From positions 1 through 49,296 of the forward strand of contig CAVYAN010000040.1 of assembly GCA_963766075.1 (NCBI GenBank): 49,296 bases of DNA, in the 5' to 3' direction. Of the stretch, positions 21,002 to 30,897 are shown one piece after another. Position 1 is the stretch's first letter. Every line of letters begins with the position of its first letter. The DNA comes from an uncultured cyanobacterium. Its GTDB lineage: Bacteria > Cyanobacteriota > Cyanobacteriia > Leptolyngbyales > Leptolyngbyaceae. The position numbers and the translations under genes were made by a program. A model generated the notes under the pieces. The model was not told where the DNA came from. It worked only from the letters and a program-made list of their open reading frames with translations, and ran no database searches.

Positions 21002-21198
21002 CTGGTTCGGAATGCTGGATCAATCATTGCCGGGTTAATCGGCTAAAAGTACCTCTTTGGGATGGGTGATCTACTGCATCAGTAATGTACGGTTAAAGCC
21101 TTACAAGGCGATCGCATCATCAAACCACACAGGTCTTAACATGCGATAGTTTCTGATTTTCCATCCGTTCCGGTTCATCTCTTTCAGAGGCAACTGAC

Positions 21199-23271
21199 AT
21201 GGAACACCGCAATCATGCAACGCCTGTCGAACCTTCCAGCCACGACCATCACAGGCAGCATCAGCACCATTCTGGACAGCATGTAGAAACAGACCCTCAC
21301 GGACACGCTGAACACGATAAACACGCCGGACATAATCCGGACATGTTCAAGCGACTGTTTTTCGTCTGTCTGGGGCTAACCATCCCGATCCTCTATTTCG
21401 AGCCGATGTTTCAGGTATGGTTTCGCTACCAGGCGATGCAATTTCCTGGTTCAACGTGGATTGGTCCGCTTCTGTCCATCATTATTTACTTCTATGGCGG
21501 TTGGGTCTTCTTCATCGGCGCATGGCGCGAGTGGCATAGCAAAATTGGCATGATGACGCTGGTGGCGCTGGCGATCACGGTCTCCTTTGTCTACAGTTTG
21601 GCGGTGTCGCTGGGGTTGCAGGGCATGCCCTTCTATTGGGAACTGGCAACCTTGATCGACATCATGTTGCTGGGGCACTGGATTGAGATGGCATCGGTGC
21701 AGGGAGCCAGTCGAGCGCTAGAACATCTGGCAAAACTGGTACCTTCCATTGCTCATCGACTGGTGGGCGATCGCATCGAAGATATCGCCATTCAAGCACT
21801 CCAATCCAATGATCGGATTCTCATCCGTCCAGGCGAGCAAATCCCCATTGATGGGCAGGTCGCGGACGGTGCCTCCAGTGTCAATGAAGCCTTTCTCACA
21901 GGAGAGTCACGCCCAGTCACCAAGCAGGTAGGCGATGACGTCATTGCAGGAGCCGTGAATGGGGAAGGGGCCTTGAAGGTAACGGTGACGCGGACGGGCG
22001 AGCAAACCACCCTCAGCCAAATTATGCGGCTCGTACAGGAAGCGCAGAACTCGCGCAGCCAATATCAAGTGCTTGCCGATCAGGTGGCCTACTGGTTGAC
22101 GCTCATTGCCATTGGTGTGGGCACGCTGACCTTTGTGATCTGGCTGCCGCTGAAGGATATCACGTTTGCCATTAATCGAGCAGTCACAGTGTTGGTTATT
22201 ACCTGCCCTCACGCTCTCGGTTTGGCCATTCCCCTGGTGATTGTAAATGCCACAGCAATAGCCGCTAAAAATGGCATTCTGGTACGCAACCGGGACGCCT
22301 TTGAACGTGCCAAAGATATTAAAATCGTCGCCTTCGACAAAACAGGCACGCTGACAGAAGGAAAGTTTGGGGTGCAAACCATTGATACCGATGGCATAAA
22401 CGACCAGGAAGCCCTGGCGATCGCCGCTGCCCTGGAAACTCTCTCAGAACATCCGTTGGGGCAGGCAATTGTCAGACATGCAGAAACAAAAGACGTGCCG
22501 CGTTTAGCCGCCAAAGACTTTCAGGCGATCGCGGGCAAAGGGATTTCCGGTTTGGTTCGCGAAACGACCTATTTCGTCGGACGACCGGAATGGATTCAGG
22601 AATTAAATGTCCAGTTTGCAGACAAGCTGAAGCAAAAACTGTCAGCGGCTGAAGCGCGGGGAGAAAGTGTCATTGCTTTAATGGACAAAACGCACGTTCT
22701 GGCGCTATTTGCCCTGGCAGACCAGGTGCGTGAGAGTGCTCGTCAGGCGATCCATCAGTTGCGAGATGCCGGGGTCCAGTCCGTGATGATTACAGGTGAT
22801 GCGGAAGCGGTTGCTAAAACAGTTGCCAATGAACTGGGGATTCAGCGTTACTATGCGCGGGTGTTGCCCCAGGATAAAGCCTCGATTGTGCGATCGCTCA
22901 AACAGGAGGCTCCCACGGTTTTTGTGGGTGATGGCATCAATGATGCTCCGGCATTACTGGAAGCCGATTTGGGCGTGGCGATCGGTGCGGGAACCAATGT
23001 AGCGATCGAATCTGCCGATCTGGTGCTGATTGAAAACGATCCGCTGGATGTGGCCCGCGCCCTCAAGTTAGGCAAAGCCACCTACTCCAAAATGATTCAA
23101 AACCTGCTGTGGGCAACTGGCTACAACGTAATTGCCATTCCTCTAGCAGCGGGCGTTGCCTATTCCTTTGGGCTACTTCTAGACCCGGCGATCGGGGCAT
23201 TATTTATGAGCCTTTCCACTGTGATTGTATCTATCAACGCCATGACTTTACGTCGAGTAAAGTTGGCTTAG
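21199..23271 (+). CDS. copB: Copper-translocating P1B-type ATPase, CopB-like (P1B-3)
   Basis: His-rich N-terminus, LTGES, CPH in the metal-binding helix, DKTGTLT, SEHPL, GDGINDAP, YN and MSLST motifs. Confidence 0.9.
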   Translation: MEHRNHATPVEPSSHDHHRQHQHHSGQHVETDPHGHAEHDKHAGHNPDMFKRLFFVCLGLTIPILYFEPMFQVWFRYQAMQFPGSTWIGPLLSIIIYFYGGWVFFIGAWREWHSKIGMMTLVALAITVSFVYSLAVSLGLQGMPFYWELATLIDIMLLGHWIEMASVQGASRALEHLAKLVPSIAHRLVGDRIEDIAIQALQSNDRILIRPGEQIPIDGQVADGASSVNEAFLTGESRPVTKQVGDDVIAGAVNGEGALKVTVTRTGEQTTLSQIMRLVQEAQNSRSQYQVLADQVAYWLTLIAIGVGTLTFVIWLPLKDITFAINRAVTVLVITCPHALGLAIPLVIVNATAIAAKNGILVRNRDAFERAKDIKIVAFDKTGTLTEGKFGVQTIDTDGINDQEALAIAAALETLSEHPLGQAIVRHAETKDVPRLAAKDFQAIAGKGISGLVRETTYFVGRPEWIQELNVQFADKLKQKLSAAEARGESVIALMDKTHVLALFALADQVRESARQAIHQLRDAGVQSVMITGDAEAVAKTVANELGIQRYYARVLPQDKASIVRSLKQEAPTVFVGDGINDAPALLEADLGVAIGAGTNVAIESADLVLIENDPLDVARALKLGKATYSKMIQNLLWATGYNVIAIPLAAGVAYSFGLLLDPAIGALFMSLSTVIVSINAMTLRRVKLA

Positions 23272-23584
23272 TTAATACAGTTAGACTCACCTTATTCATC
23301 TGTATTTATGACTCGACTCAATAACTATTTCAGCAATGGAGCTTTTCCAAAATGTCATCAATCCTGCCAGTCAAATTGCCTATAGCTGTTCTAAATCATA
23401 AATGTAAATAGGCAGTGATTTAAGCGGTGAGCAGTCAGCAGTCTGGCTGGATTTCAAACCTGTGGCTGGTTTTCCAAAGAATTGGCTTTTAGCTAGACCA
23501 AAAGCGCTTATACAAATCAAACGAGATTGCCACAGTCACTCAAATTAGTTTCTCCTAGGATTGAGCGACATTCTCTACTCCTTG

Positions 23585-23600
23585 CTCACAACTTCCTCAT
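23585..23600 (+). promoter_or_regulatory. Possible OmpR-type (CopR-like) direct-repeat box
   Basis: CTCAC and CTCAT at 11-bp period, 55 bp upstream of the second DUF305 gene; only loosely like the TTTCAT-N5-TTTCAT CopR box. Confidence 0.3.
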
Positions 23601-23655
23601 ATTTTAAGCCTAGTCTTAAAAGTAGAACTAAAACACATTTTTTAAGTAGGTAGCC

Positions 23656-24322
23656 ATGAACAAAAAAAGTCTAATTTATAGTTTTACAGGACTGCTAACG
23701 ATCGCTACTTTGACAGGCTTACTGCTATCAAACCGCACACAGGCTCAGTCAACAAATATCGACCAGCAAGCCTCACCGCCCCAGAGTGGCATGATGACTC
23801 GACCCGATCAACATTTCATCGAAATGATGATTCCCCATCACCAGGATGCGGTAGAGATGGCGAACCTAGCGTTGACCCATGCCAAGCATCCTCAACTAAA
23901 AACGTTGGCAGTCGCAATTAAACGGGATCAGACCCGCGAAATCCAGCAAATGCGGGGTTGGTACAAAGCCTGGTATGGCAGAGAGGTGCCTGCCACCGCC
24001 ATGATGGGTGGTTCTGGAATGATGGGTGGTTCTGGAAATGATGGGCAATCAAGGCATGATGGGCAATCACCAAGGAATGGGACAGGGCAGAATGACCCAG
24101 AATGGTATGATGCGCACTGATCTGGCCGCTCTCAAAAATGCATCAGACTTTGATCAAGAATTTCTCCGTCAGATGATCCCCCATCACCAGATGGCGGTGC
24201 ATATGGCTCAGATGGTGTTGAACCAAAAAACGCGCCTTGAAATCCGCACTCTGGCACAGTCCATCACAAAAAGCCAAACGGCTGAGATCAAGGAAATGCA
24301 GCAATGGCGGCAAGCCTGGTAG
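23656..24322 (+). CDS. Second DUF305 (CopM-like) secreted protein (extra A at ~24037)
   Basis: Signal peptide; FIEMMIPHHQDAVEMA and FLRQMIPHHQMAVHMA repeats in two frames joined by an MMGGSG/MMGNQG repeat linker. Confidence 0.88.
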
Positions 24323-24474
24323 CAGAGATAAGACATCTGGCAATTTAAGCGATCGCTTTATCCTGCTCTCTATGTTGGCAGCCAACATAGAGAGAGAATA
24401 GAAGCCTTTTTGGGCTTTTAAGGAGAACAACAATGAGCAGCCCTAGGGCGTGTCATCAATGAGGTGATTTTTAT

Positions 24475-24488
24475 GGTACGGATGTACG
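24475..24488. promoter_or_regulatory. Candidate cyanobacterial LexA box
   Basis: GGTACGGATGTACG fits RGTACNNNDGTWCB; about 185 bp upstream of the UvrD-like helicase. Confidence 0.4.
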
Positions 24489-24671
24489 TAAATTCTTCTA
24501 AGAAACCTTTTCAACCTGGGACTGAAGATTAGAGACTGGGGATTAGAATTGATGGAGTTCTTCGAGCAGCGATCGCACGCCACTGCTCTTGGCCGATTTT
24601 GTCAGATGTATTGCGATCACGCCGTGTCCCCCTCGCGATCGCCCTAGGCTCGATAGGGCTATAAATCCACA

Positions 24672-26963
24672 ATGGCCACCGTTCCCGTTACCCTCGCCCA
24701 ACTCCGTGCCCGCCTTCGCCCCGGTCAGCGGGAAATTGCCGATTGGCAAGGTGGCCCATTGGCCGTAGCGGCAGTGCCCGGATCCGGAAAATCCACGGGG
24801 ATGGCCGTAGCCGCAGCCGTCACCATTGCCACCCACCAACTGAACCTGCGGCGGCAGTTAGTCGTGGTCACATTTACCCGCTCTGCCGCCGCGAATATCA
24901 AGGGCAAAATTCGCGGCTATCTGCACGAGTTGGGTTTACCCATGGGTGGATTTGTGGTGTATACCCTCCACGGACTGGCGTGGGCAATAGCCCGCAGCGC
25001 TCCAGAACTCTCTGGCTTAAATCCCGACAGCGTCCTGGTTACCCCCACCAAAAGCCATCGACTCATTCGCACCAGCATCGAGCAATGGATTGTCACCCAT
25101 CCCGGCCCCTACCAACGGTTACTCGAAGGACGGCAATTTGACGGCGAGGAAACCGAACGGTTGCGTCGCCAGTCCGTTTTACGGACGGAAATTCTGCCGG
25201 ACTTAGCCAACACTACAATTCGGGAAGCCAAAAGTTCTGGCCTGCGGCCCCAGGATTTGCTGAATCAGAACTCCGGCGTAAATCGGACGGGGACCGGGGC
25301 AAATGGCATGGAAAATGGCATAGCGGATGGTGTCGCGGGGGACTATGGCGTGTTGGCGATCGCCGCCGGACTGTACGACAGCTACCAAACCCAACTCACC
25401 ACCCGCCACCTGATCGACTACGACGAAATGATCTTGGCCGCCCTGCGCGTCCTCGCCGATCCCGCCGTGCGGCAGCGGTGGCAAACCCAAGTATTTGCCG
25501 TATTTGAAGACGAAGCCCAAGACTCCAGCCCCCTGCAAACCCGCCTGCTGGAAATTTTAGCGGCGGATCCTAATAATCCCCACCAGCAAAATTTGGTGCG
25601 CGTAGGGGATCCAAACCAGGCGATCAACTCTACTTTTACCCCCGCCGACCCCATTTTCTTTCGGACATTTTGCGAACACTGTGCCCAGCAGCAGCGGCTA
25701 GCGACCATGCAGCAAGCCGGACGCAGCAATCAGCGGATCATTGATGCGGCCAATTTTGTGTTGCAGTGGGTCAACAACTCCCCGTTGGCAGGCACCGAAA
25801 CCCCCTTCCGCGAACAGCTCATCCACCCAGTCCCCAAAGACGACCCCCAAGCCCATGCCAATCCCCCCGCCGAAGGGGGCGGCCTAGAATTGCACACCCC
25901 AGAAGACACTTACCAAACCGTCCAGTTCATTGGGCAGCGGGCGATCGCCCTGCTCCAGGCCCATCCCGATCGCTCCGCCGCCGTGCTCCTGCGAACCAAT
26001 GAACAGGGGCGGTTTGTGGCCAAAGAACTCCGACGGCAAAATCTGGAATTGCCGATCTATGAAGTAGGCCAGCGCGATCGCCAATCCCAACTGCCCGCTG
26101 AACTGCTGACCCTATTGCACTTCATCGATCGCCCCCACTCTCCCGACTACCTGAAAGCAGCCCTGACCACCCTGATGGATCGGCGGCTGATTCCCACCCA
26201 GGACTTAAATGCACTAACCGCGTTCCCCGAACAGTTTCTCTACCCCGGCCCCCTCGACCCACCGCCAGGGGACCCGGTGCGATCGGCCCGCCAGTTCTGT
26301 CGGGCACTGCTGCGATCGCGGCTAGAACTGCCCTCCTATCAACTGATTCCCTTCGTCGCCCTGAGCCTCTACGGCGACAATCAAACCGAACTGGCCACCG
26401 CCGATAAATTGGCAGAACGGATTGCTCAACAAACCTTCGACGATAATTCTCTACCCGCAATCCTCAGCGCCCTGAACGAGATCGTCAGCACCGAGCAATT
26501 TGAGCCTGTAGATGCCGAAAATCCCGAAGATCGCTACATCCGCCCAGGGCAACTCACCCTCATCACCATGCACAAAGCCAAGGGTCTGGATTGGGATTAC
26601 GTCTTCATTCCTTTCCTCCACGAAAACATGATCCCAGGGAGCCACTGGATTCCGCCCCAAACCAAGTTTTTGGGCGATTTCACCCTAGCCGAACTGGCTC
26701 GGGCGCAGGTCCGCGCCATGGTCCACAATCAGGATCCACCAGCGGATACAGACCTTGCCTGGGAGCGGGCCAAAAATCTGAAAACTGCCGAAGAATTTCG
26801 CTTGCTTTATGTGGCCATGACCCGAGCCAAACGTCTGCTCTGGATGTCCGCTGCCACTAAAGCCCCATTTGTGTGGAGCAAACCCGATCAAGTACAGCCG
26901 CGATCGCCCTGTCCCGTGATTCCGGCCTTGAGATCGCGCTTTCCTGCTGCGATCGTGCGTTAG
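24672..26963 (+). CDS. UvrD/REP-family ATP-dependent DNA helicase
   Basis: AVPGSGKS, VTFTRSAA, EDEAQD, VGDPNQAI, TMHKAKGLDWD, EEFRLLYVAMTRAK. Confidence 0.93.
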   Translation: MATVPVTLAQLRARLRPGQREIADWQGGPLAVAAVPGSGKSTGMAVAAAVTIATHQLNLRRQLVVVTFTRSAAANIKGKIRGYLHELGLPMGGFVVYTLHGLAWAIARSAPELSGLNPDSVLVTPTKSHRLIRTSIEQWIVTHPGPYQRLLEGRQFDGEETERLRRQSVLRTEILPDLANTTIREAKSSGLRPQDLLNQNSGVNRTGTGANGMENGIADGVAGDYGVLAIAAGLYDSYQTQLTTRHLIDYDEMILAALRVLADPAVRQRWQTQVFAVFEDEAQDSSPLQTRLLEILAADPNNPHQQNLVRVGDPNQAINSTFTPADPIFFRTFCEHCAQQQRLATMQQAGRSNQRIIDAANFVLQWVNNSPLAGTETPFREQLIHPVPKDDPQAHANPPAEGGGLELHTPEDTYQTVQFIGQRAIALLQAHPDRSAAVLLRTNEQGRFVAKELRRQNLELPIYEVGQRDRQSQLPAELLTLLHFIDRPHSPDYLKAALTTLMDRRLIPTQDLNALTAFPEQFLYPGPLDPPPGDPVRSARQFCRALLRSRLELPSYQLIPFVALSLYGDNQTELATADKLAERIAQQTFDDNSLPAILSALNEIVSTEQFEPVDAENPEDRYIRPGQLTLITMHKAKGLDWDYVFIPFLHENMIPGSHWIPPQTKFLGDFTLAELARAQVRAMVHNQDPPADTDLAWERAKNLKTAEEFRLLYVAMTRAKRLLWMSAATKAPFVWSKPDQVQPRSPCPVIPALRSRFPAAIVR

Positions 26964-27071
26964 CCGCGCAGATCACCATCCAGAGTGTTGGGTTCTCTGC
27001 GATATTACGGAGACGATGGGAATACTAGAGACAGGGGTTCGACCCACTCCCACTTCATGTCTCTGGTTTCC

Positions 27072-27533
27072 ATGTGGCAAAGGTTTAAAAACATCTTTTT
27101 CAGTATCCACCGCTATGCAGACCTGAGCCCAGATTTGCAAACCCGGCGGCAGGTGCAGCAGTGGCTGCGCGATCGCCCCGCCCTTCCCCTGGATGAATGG
27201 GTTGCCATCTGGGAATCCCAGGGCATTGGCCGCCCCGTGGTAGAGTTTGTGGTTCATCAAATGCAGGAGCATTCTGGGCTTGACTTTGCCCGCGTTCAAC
27301 CCAGCGATCGGCTGATCGAGGACCTCAAACTGCCCCTCATTTGCTGGTTTGACTGGGAAATCACGCTATGCGATCAGTTTTTTGACCAATTTGGCGTGGA
27401 TATTAGCGGATGGCTCACCTTTACCCCGCTCCACACAGTGGCAGATTTGGTCCAATTTCTCCAGCAGGGCCTCGACGACAAAGCCATCGACGAAACCCAC
27501 CGCAGCGAAACCCACCGCAGCGGAACCGCTTAA
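27072..27533 (+). CDS. Hypothetical protein with an acyl-carrier-like C-terminal domain
   Basis: SGLDFARVQPSDRLIEDLKL...FGVDIS...TVADLVQFL pattern; start at MWQRF is uncertain. Confidence 0.65.
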   Translation: MWQRFKNIFFSIHRYADLSPDLQTRRQVQQWLRDRPALPLDEWVAIWESQGIGRPVVEFVVHQMQEHSGLDFARVQPSDRLIEDLKLPLICWFDWEITLCDQFFDQFGVDISGWLTFTPLHTVADLVQFLQQGLDDKAIDETHRSETHRSGTA

Positions 27534-27906
27534 TTCCAGGGCCTAGAAACCCAAGCGCAGATTTTTAGACAAAATTTCAATACAAATTGCAAATTAATAC
27601 GCATTATTTCTTAAGTTTTCTTGCAAAAGATGGCGAAATCCAAAGATAAGCGGGATGCTCTTACCTATATAAAATTGGGTTATCAAAGGATTGATTCATA
27701 ACAGTCCCAATATTCTATAGGCAGGTTTTATAGTTCTTGCCCTTACCGTAGCAACGGCTATCAGAAAGCATCCCAGGTATAGGCCGTATTAGCGCTGGAC
27801 AACGCTTTCTGTCTAGCACGCTGTCACTTGTTGCGCCATCTAACGAACAACTGAGGGGCTTCCCTTTGGAGTCGTTGGGGGATATTTGGTTGTTAAAAAA
27901 CTGTTT

Positions 27907-28548
27907 ATGAGTCAGTTCCCGAAGCGTCCTCCAGTCGGGGAGGAGCCTGTATCTTTGCCTAAGTCCGAAGGGCACGGCGCGTATCCATCCCAGTCCCAAG
28001 CGCTAGGCTGCGTCGATGAAACCCCCTATCCGCTCCCCCTCCCTGAGCGCGGGCAGACCGTCCTGTTTATTGATGGCGTCAATTTATTCTATGCAGCGTC
28101 ACAGCTCAAAATTGAAATTGATTACGCCAAGTTCTTGCACTTGTTTAGTCAAAATCGCCACTTAGTTCACGCCTTATTCTATACAGGGGTGGATCCGCGC
28201 AATGAAAAGCAAAAAAACTTTTTACTCTGGATGCAGCGTCACGGGTATCGCGTCGTCACCAAGGAATTGCCTGTAACCCCAGAAGGCTTTCACCGCGTCA
28301 GTATGAATGTAGAAATTGCGATCGATATGCTGACCCTAGCGCCCCATTGCCAAACGGAAGTTGTGGTGAGCAGTGATAGCGATCTCAGCTACGCCGTGCA
28401 GGCGGTCAATGCGCGGGGCATTCAGGTCGAAATTGTAGCCCTGCGGACGATGACTAGCGATCGCCTGATCAACACCGCAGACCACTATATCGATCTCTCC
28501 GACCTGCGCCATAACATTCAGAAGTCCCCCAAGCCCCGAACCAGTTAA
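27907..28548 (+). CDS. NYN-domain (LabA/DUF88) protein
   Basis: LFIDGVNLFYAA, IEIDY, FYTGVD, GYRVVTK, SSDSDLSYAV, ADHYIDL. Confidence 0.88.
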   Translation: MSQFPKRPPVGEEPVSLPKSEGHGAYPSQSQALGCVDETPYPLPLPERGQTVLFIDGVNLFYAASQLKIEIDYAKFLHLFSQNRHLVHALFYTGVDPRNEKQKNFLLWMQRHGYRVVTKELPVTPEGFHRVSMNVEIAIDMLTLAPHCQTEVVVSSDSDLSYAVQAVNARGIQVEIVALRTMTSDRLINTADHYIDLSDLRHNIQKSPKPRTS

Positions 28549-28566
28549 GCTCTTACGACACGGGTC

Positions 28567-29328
28567 TTACCGCGCCCGACTTCCCGGCCCCACTCTGCCG
28601 CCCACGGCATTCGGACGCGGCTCGGGGCGCGGCTCGGGCCGCTGTTCTAATCGAGGTTCGGGGCGCGGCTCCGAACGCGGCGGCTCAGCCCCAGGTGTTC
28701 CGAGTTGTCCCCGGCCATTCCGGATGACGCGCAGCATATCAGCCAGCTTGCGTTCCATATCGCTAAGGACGCGATCGGCATAATCATCCGCCCCACGCTG
28801 AATTTCTTCACATTCGCCCATGGCCTGCTGCTGCATCGCTTCTAGCTCCTGCTGGGCCTGTTGACGCATGCGCTCTATATCAGCAATGGTTTGGTCGCGG
28901 GCGGCTTCGCATTCGGCCTGAACCCGCTGCCGAATTTGGTCAGCTTCCAGTTCTGCCTGCCGCAGAATCCCCATTTCATTCAAAATTTCGGTGGCGCGAT
29001 GCTCGGCTTGCTCAATAATATCTTGGGCATACTGCTCCGACTGCACCAAAATTTCTTCCTTATGACGGAGCAGCTCTTCGGCTTGATGAAACGCCTCCGG
29101 TAGGCTTAAGCGTACCAAGTCCAATTGCTCTAAAAAATGCTCCTCATCAATCAGTGTGCGCCGACTGAGCGGAATTCGCGGGCTATCGAGGACAATCTCT
29201 TCGAGACGATTCAGTTCGCGCTGGATATTTACGCTTCCGGCTCTCCCCGGTTCGACGGGGATGGCACGACGCGGGGCGGCGCTGGATTGGACTCGGCGTT
29301 CAGAGCTGGTAGGGTCTTGGCGTAGCAT
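28567..29328 (-). CDS. cdv3: DivIVA-like cell-division protein Cdv3
   Basis: [17 protein letters not shown], long coiled coil, [14 protein letters not shown]; directly downstream of coaD as in other cyanobacteria; EPRP-repeat tail. Confidence 0.82.
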   Translation of the reverse strand: MLRQDPTSSERRVQSSAAPRRAIPVEPGRAGSVNIQRELNRLEEIVLDSPRIPLSRRTLIDEEHFLEQLDLVRLSLPEAFHQAEELLRHKEEILVQSEQYAQDIIEQAEHRATEILNEMGILRQAELEADQIRQRVQAECEAARDQTIADIERMRQQAQQELEAMQQQAMGECEEIQRGADDYADRVLSDMERKLADMLRVIRNGRGQLGTPGAEPPRSEPRPEPRLEQRPEPRPEPRPNAVGGRVGPGSRAR

Positions 29329-29789
29329 TTGTAAATTTCTAGAGCAACGTGAGGGGGGACAAAGTGGTCGATGGGACCGCCAAACTGAGCAATTTGCTTA
29401 ACTAGACTGCTGCTGAGGAATCCATACTCGGTGGACGTAGCCAGGAAGACTGTTTCAATCTGATGGGACAAGGTCTTATTAGTATGCGCCATCTGAAGCT
29501 CCATCTCAAAATCCGATAGCACGCGCAGTCCCCGAAGAATTACCTTAGCTTGACGGAGCTGGGCATAGTTTACAGTGAGTCCGTTAAAGCTATCAACCTC
29601 GACGTTGGGTAGGTGCTGAATAGACTGGCGAATCATGTCAATGCGATCGCTGACTGTAAATAAAGGAACCTTACTGGGATTTTGCAAGACCGCCACCACC
29701 ACCCGATCAAACAGTTGGCTGCCCCGCTCAATCACATCTAAGTGCCCCAGTGTAACCGGGTCAAAACTACCGGGATAAATCGCCAACAC
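29229..29789 (-). CDS. coaD: Phosphopantetheine adenylyltransferase
   Basis: [39 protein letters not shown] start at 29789. Confidence 0.96.
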   Translation of the reverse strand: MLAIYPGSFDPVTLGHLDVIERGSQLFDRVVVAVLQNPSKVPLFTVSDRIDMIRQSIQHLPNVEVDSFNGLTVNYAQLRQAKVILRGLRVLSDFEMELQMAHTNKTLSHQIETVFLATSTEYGFLSSSLVKQIAQFGGPIDHFVPPHVALEIYKCYAKTLPALNAESNPAPPRVVPSPSNRGEPEA

Positions 29790-29913
29790 AAAACTCACCA
29801 AATCCACTGTGGCTGATTATAGAAGCAAAGGGGAGCGCGGGATCGTTCCCATCGTTGCATTCTGCTCAAGAAGAGAGCCATACAGGAGCCATACACCGGA
29901 CGATTGCATTAGA

Positions 29914-30039
29914 GTAGAGGTCGGAATGCCTGTAGAGTCTGGAGTACCTGCAAAGTCCACAATGCCCGTAGAGCCTAGAGTTTCGGTAGAGTCCAAAAAG
30001 CCTGGAGAGTGCAAAGTTTCTGTAGAATCCGGACAGGCC
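29914..30039. repeat. Degenerate tandem repeat, 7 x 18 bp
   Basis: Units start at 29914, 29932, 29950, 29968, 29986, 30004 and 30022; rough consensus GTAGAGTCYRRARTGCCT. Confidence 0.75.
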
Positions 30040-30084
30040 GCTGTATCTATTCAAAGCAAATTGCAGTTGTGATCGAGGACAATC

Positions 30085-30897
30085 ATGATCAATCGGCAAG
30101 TTTTGACCCAGGTTTATCGAGCAAATCCCACCCTCGTGCCAGCAGCAGAGGCAGCGATCGCCCAGTTTGAGCAGTCTACAGCACCCAGCGCTTGGCCTTT
30201 TCTGGACAAAGCCACCATTTTGGCAGATTTGCGATCGCGCATTCAGGATCCCTTTCAGGTGAATCAAGGGGGCCAACCCTTCTGCGGCCCCGCCGCCGTC
30301 TTGTTTGAATTAGTCCGCAAACAGCCCCTGCGCTACGTCCAAATTTGCTGGAGCCTCTTCACCACAGGTGGGTTTCAGGGCCATTCACATTTCATTGGCG
30401 CTTCCGATGCTTTGCGTCAGGCCAGTCGGGGCAACTTGCAAATGGGACAGGCCGACTGGATGCTGCTGGCGACCCTGCGCGATAGCGAATCCCAACTGTT
30501 TCCCGTAGAGCCTAATGCCCCCGATTTGATTCGCAATCTAGCTGGCATGACCAAATCCTGGGAACTCAAGGGCTGGGTGCGGGAACTGCTGGGCTACACA
30601 TCCGTGAACTACAGCCACGCCTACTTAATGAATGACATTAGCGCCATGAACCAAGCTGCTGCTGCCATTCGGGCCGGGGGAGTGGCCTTTGCCTTGATCA
30701 CTGCTGAAGGCATGCTGAGTGACAAACCGCCGCTCCTGCCCTTCCCCAGCCACTGGATCACGCTCCTAGACAATATTACGGTCAATACTAACCCCGTAAC
30801 CTTTGATATTTATACATGGTCCAAGCAAATTCGCTTACAAATGGATCCGACCTCTTTCAAAAAGTACCTCTGGGCAACGGTATCTGCGAGCAATTGA
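30085..30897 (+). CDS. Hypothetical protein, predicted papain-like cysteine hydrolase
   Basis: RBS GAGGA; NQGGQPFCGPAA, later HWITL and YTW. Confidence 0.7.
   Translation: MINRQVLTQVYRANPTLVPAAEAAIAQFEQSTAPSAWPFLDKATILADLRSRIQDPFQVNQGGQPFCGPAAVLFELVRKQPLRYVQICWSLFTTGGFQGHSHFIGASDALRQASRGNLQMGQADWMLLATLRDSESQLFPVEPNAPDLIRNLAGMTKSWELKGWVRELLGYTSVNYSHAYLMNDISAMNQAAAAIRAGGVAFALITAEGMLSDKPPLLPFPSHWITLLDNITVNTNPVTFDIYTWSKQIRLQMDPTSFKKYLWATVSASN

Noticed and set aside
27748..27761. NtcA site (GTAGCAACGGCTAT)
   Set aside because: Mismatch in the TAC half-site and no clearly positioned -10 element.
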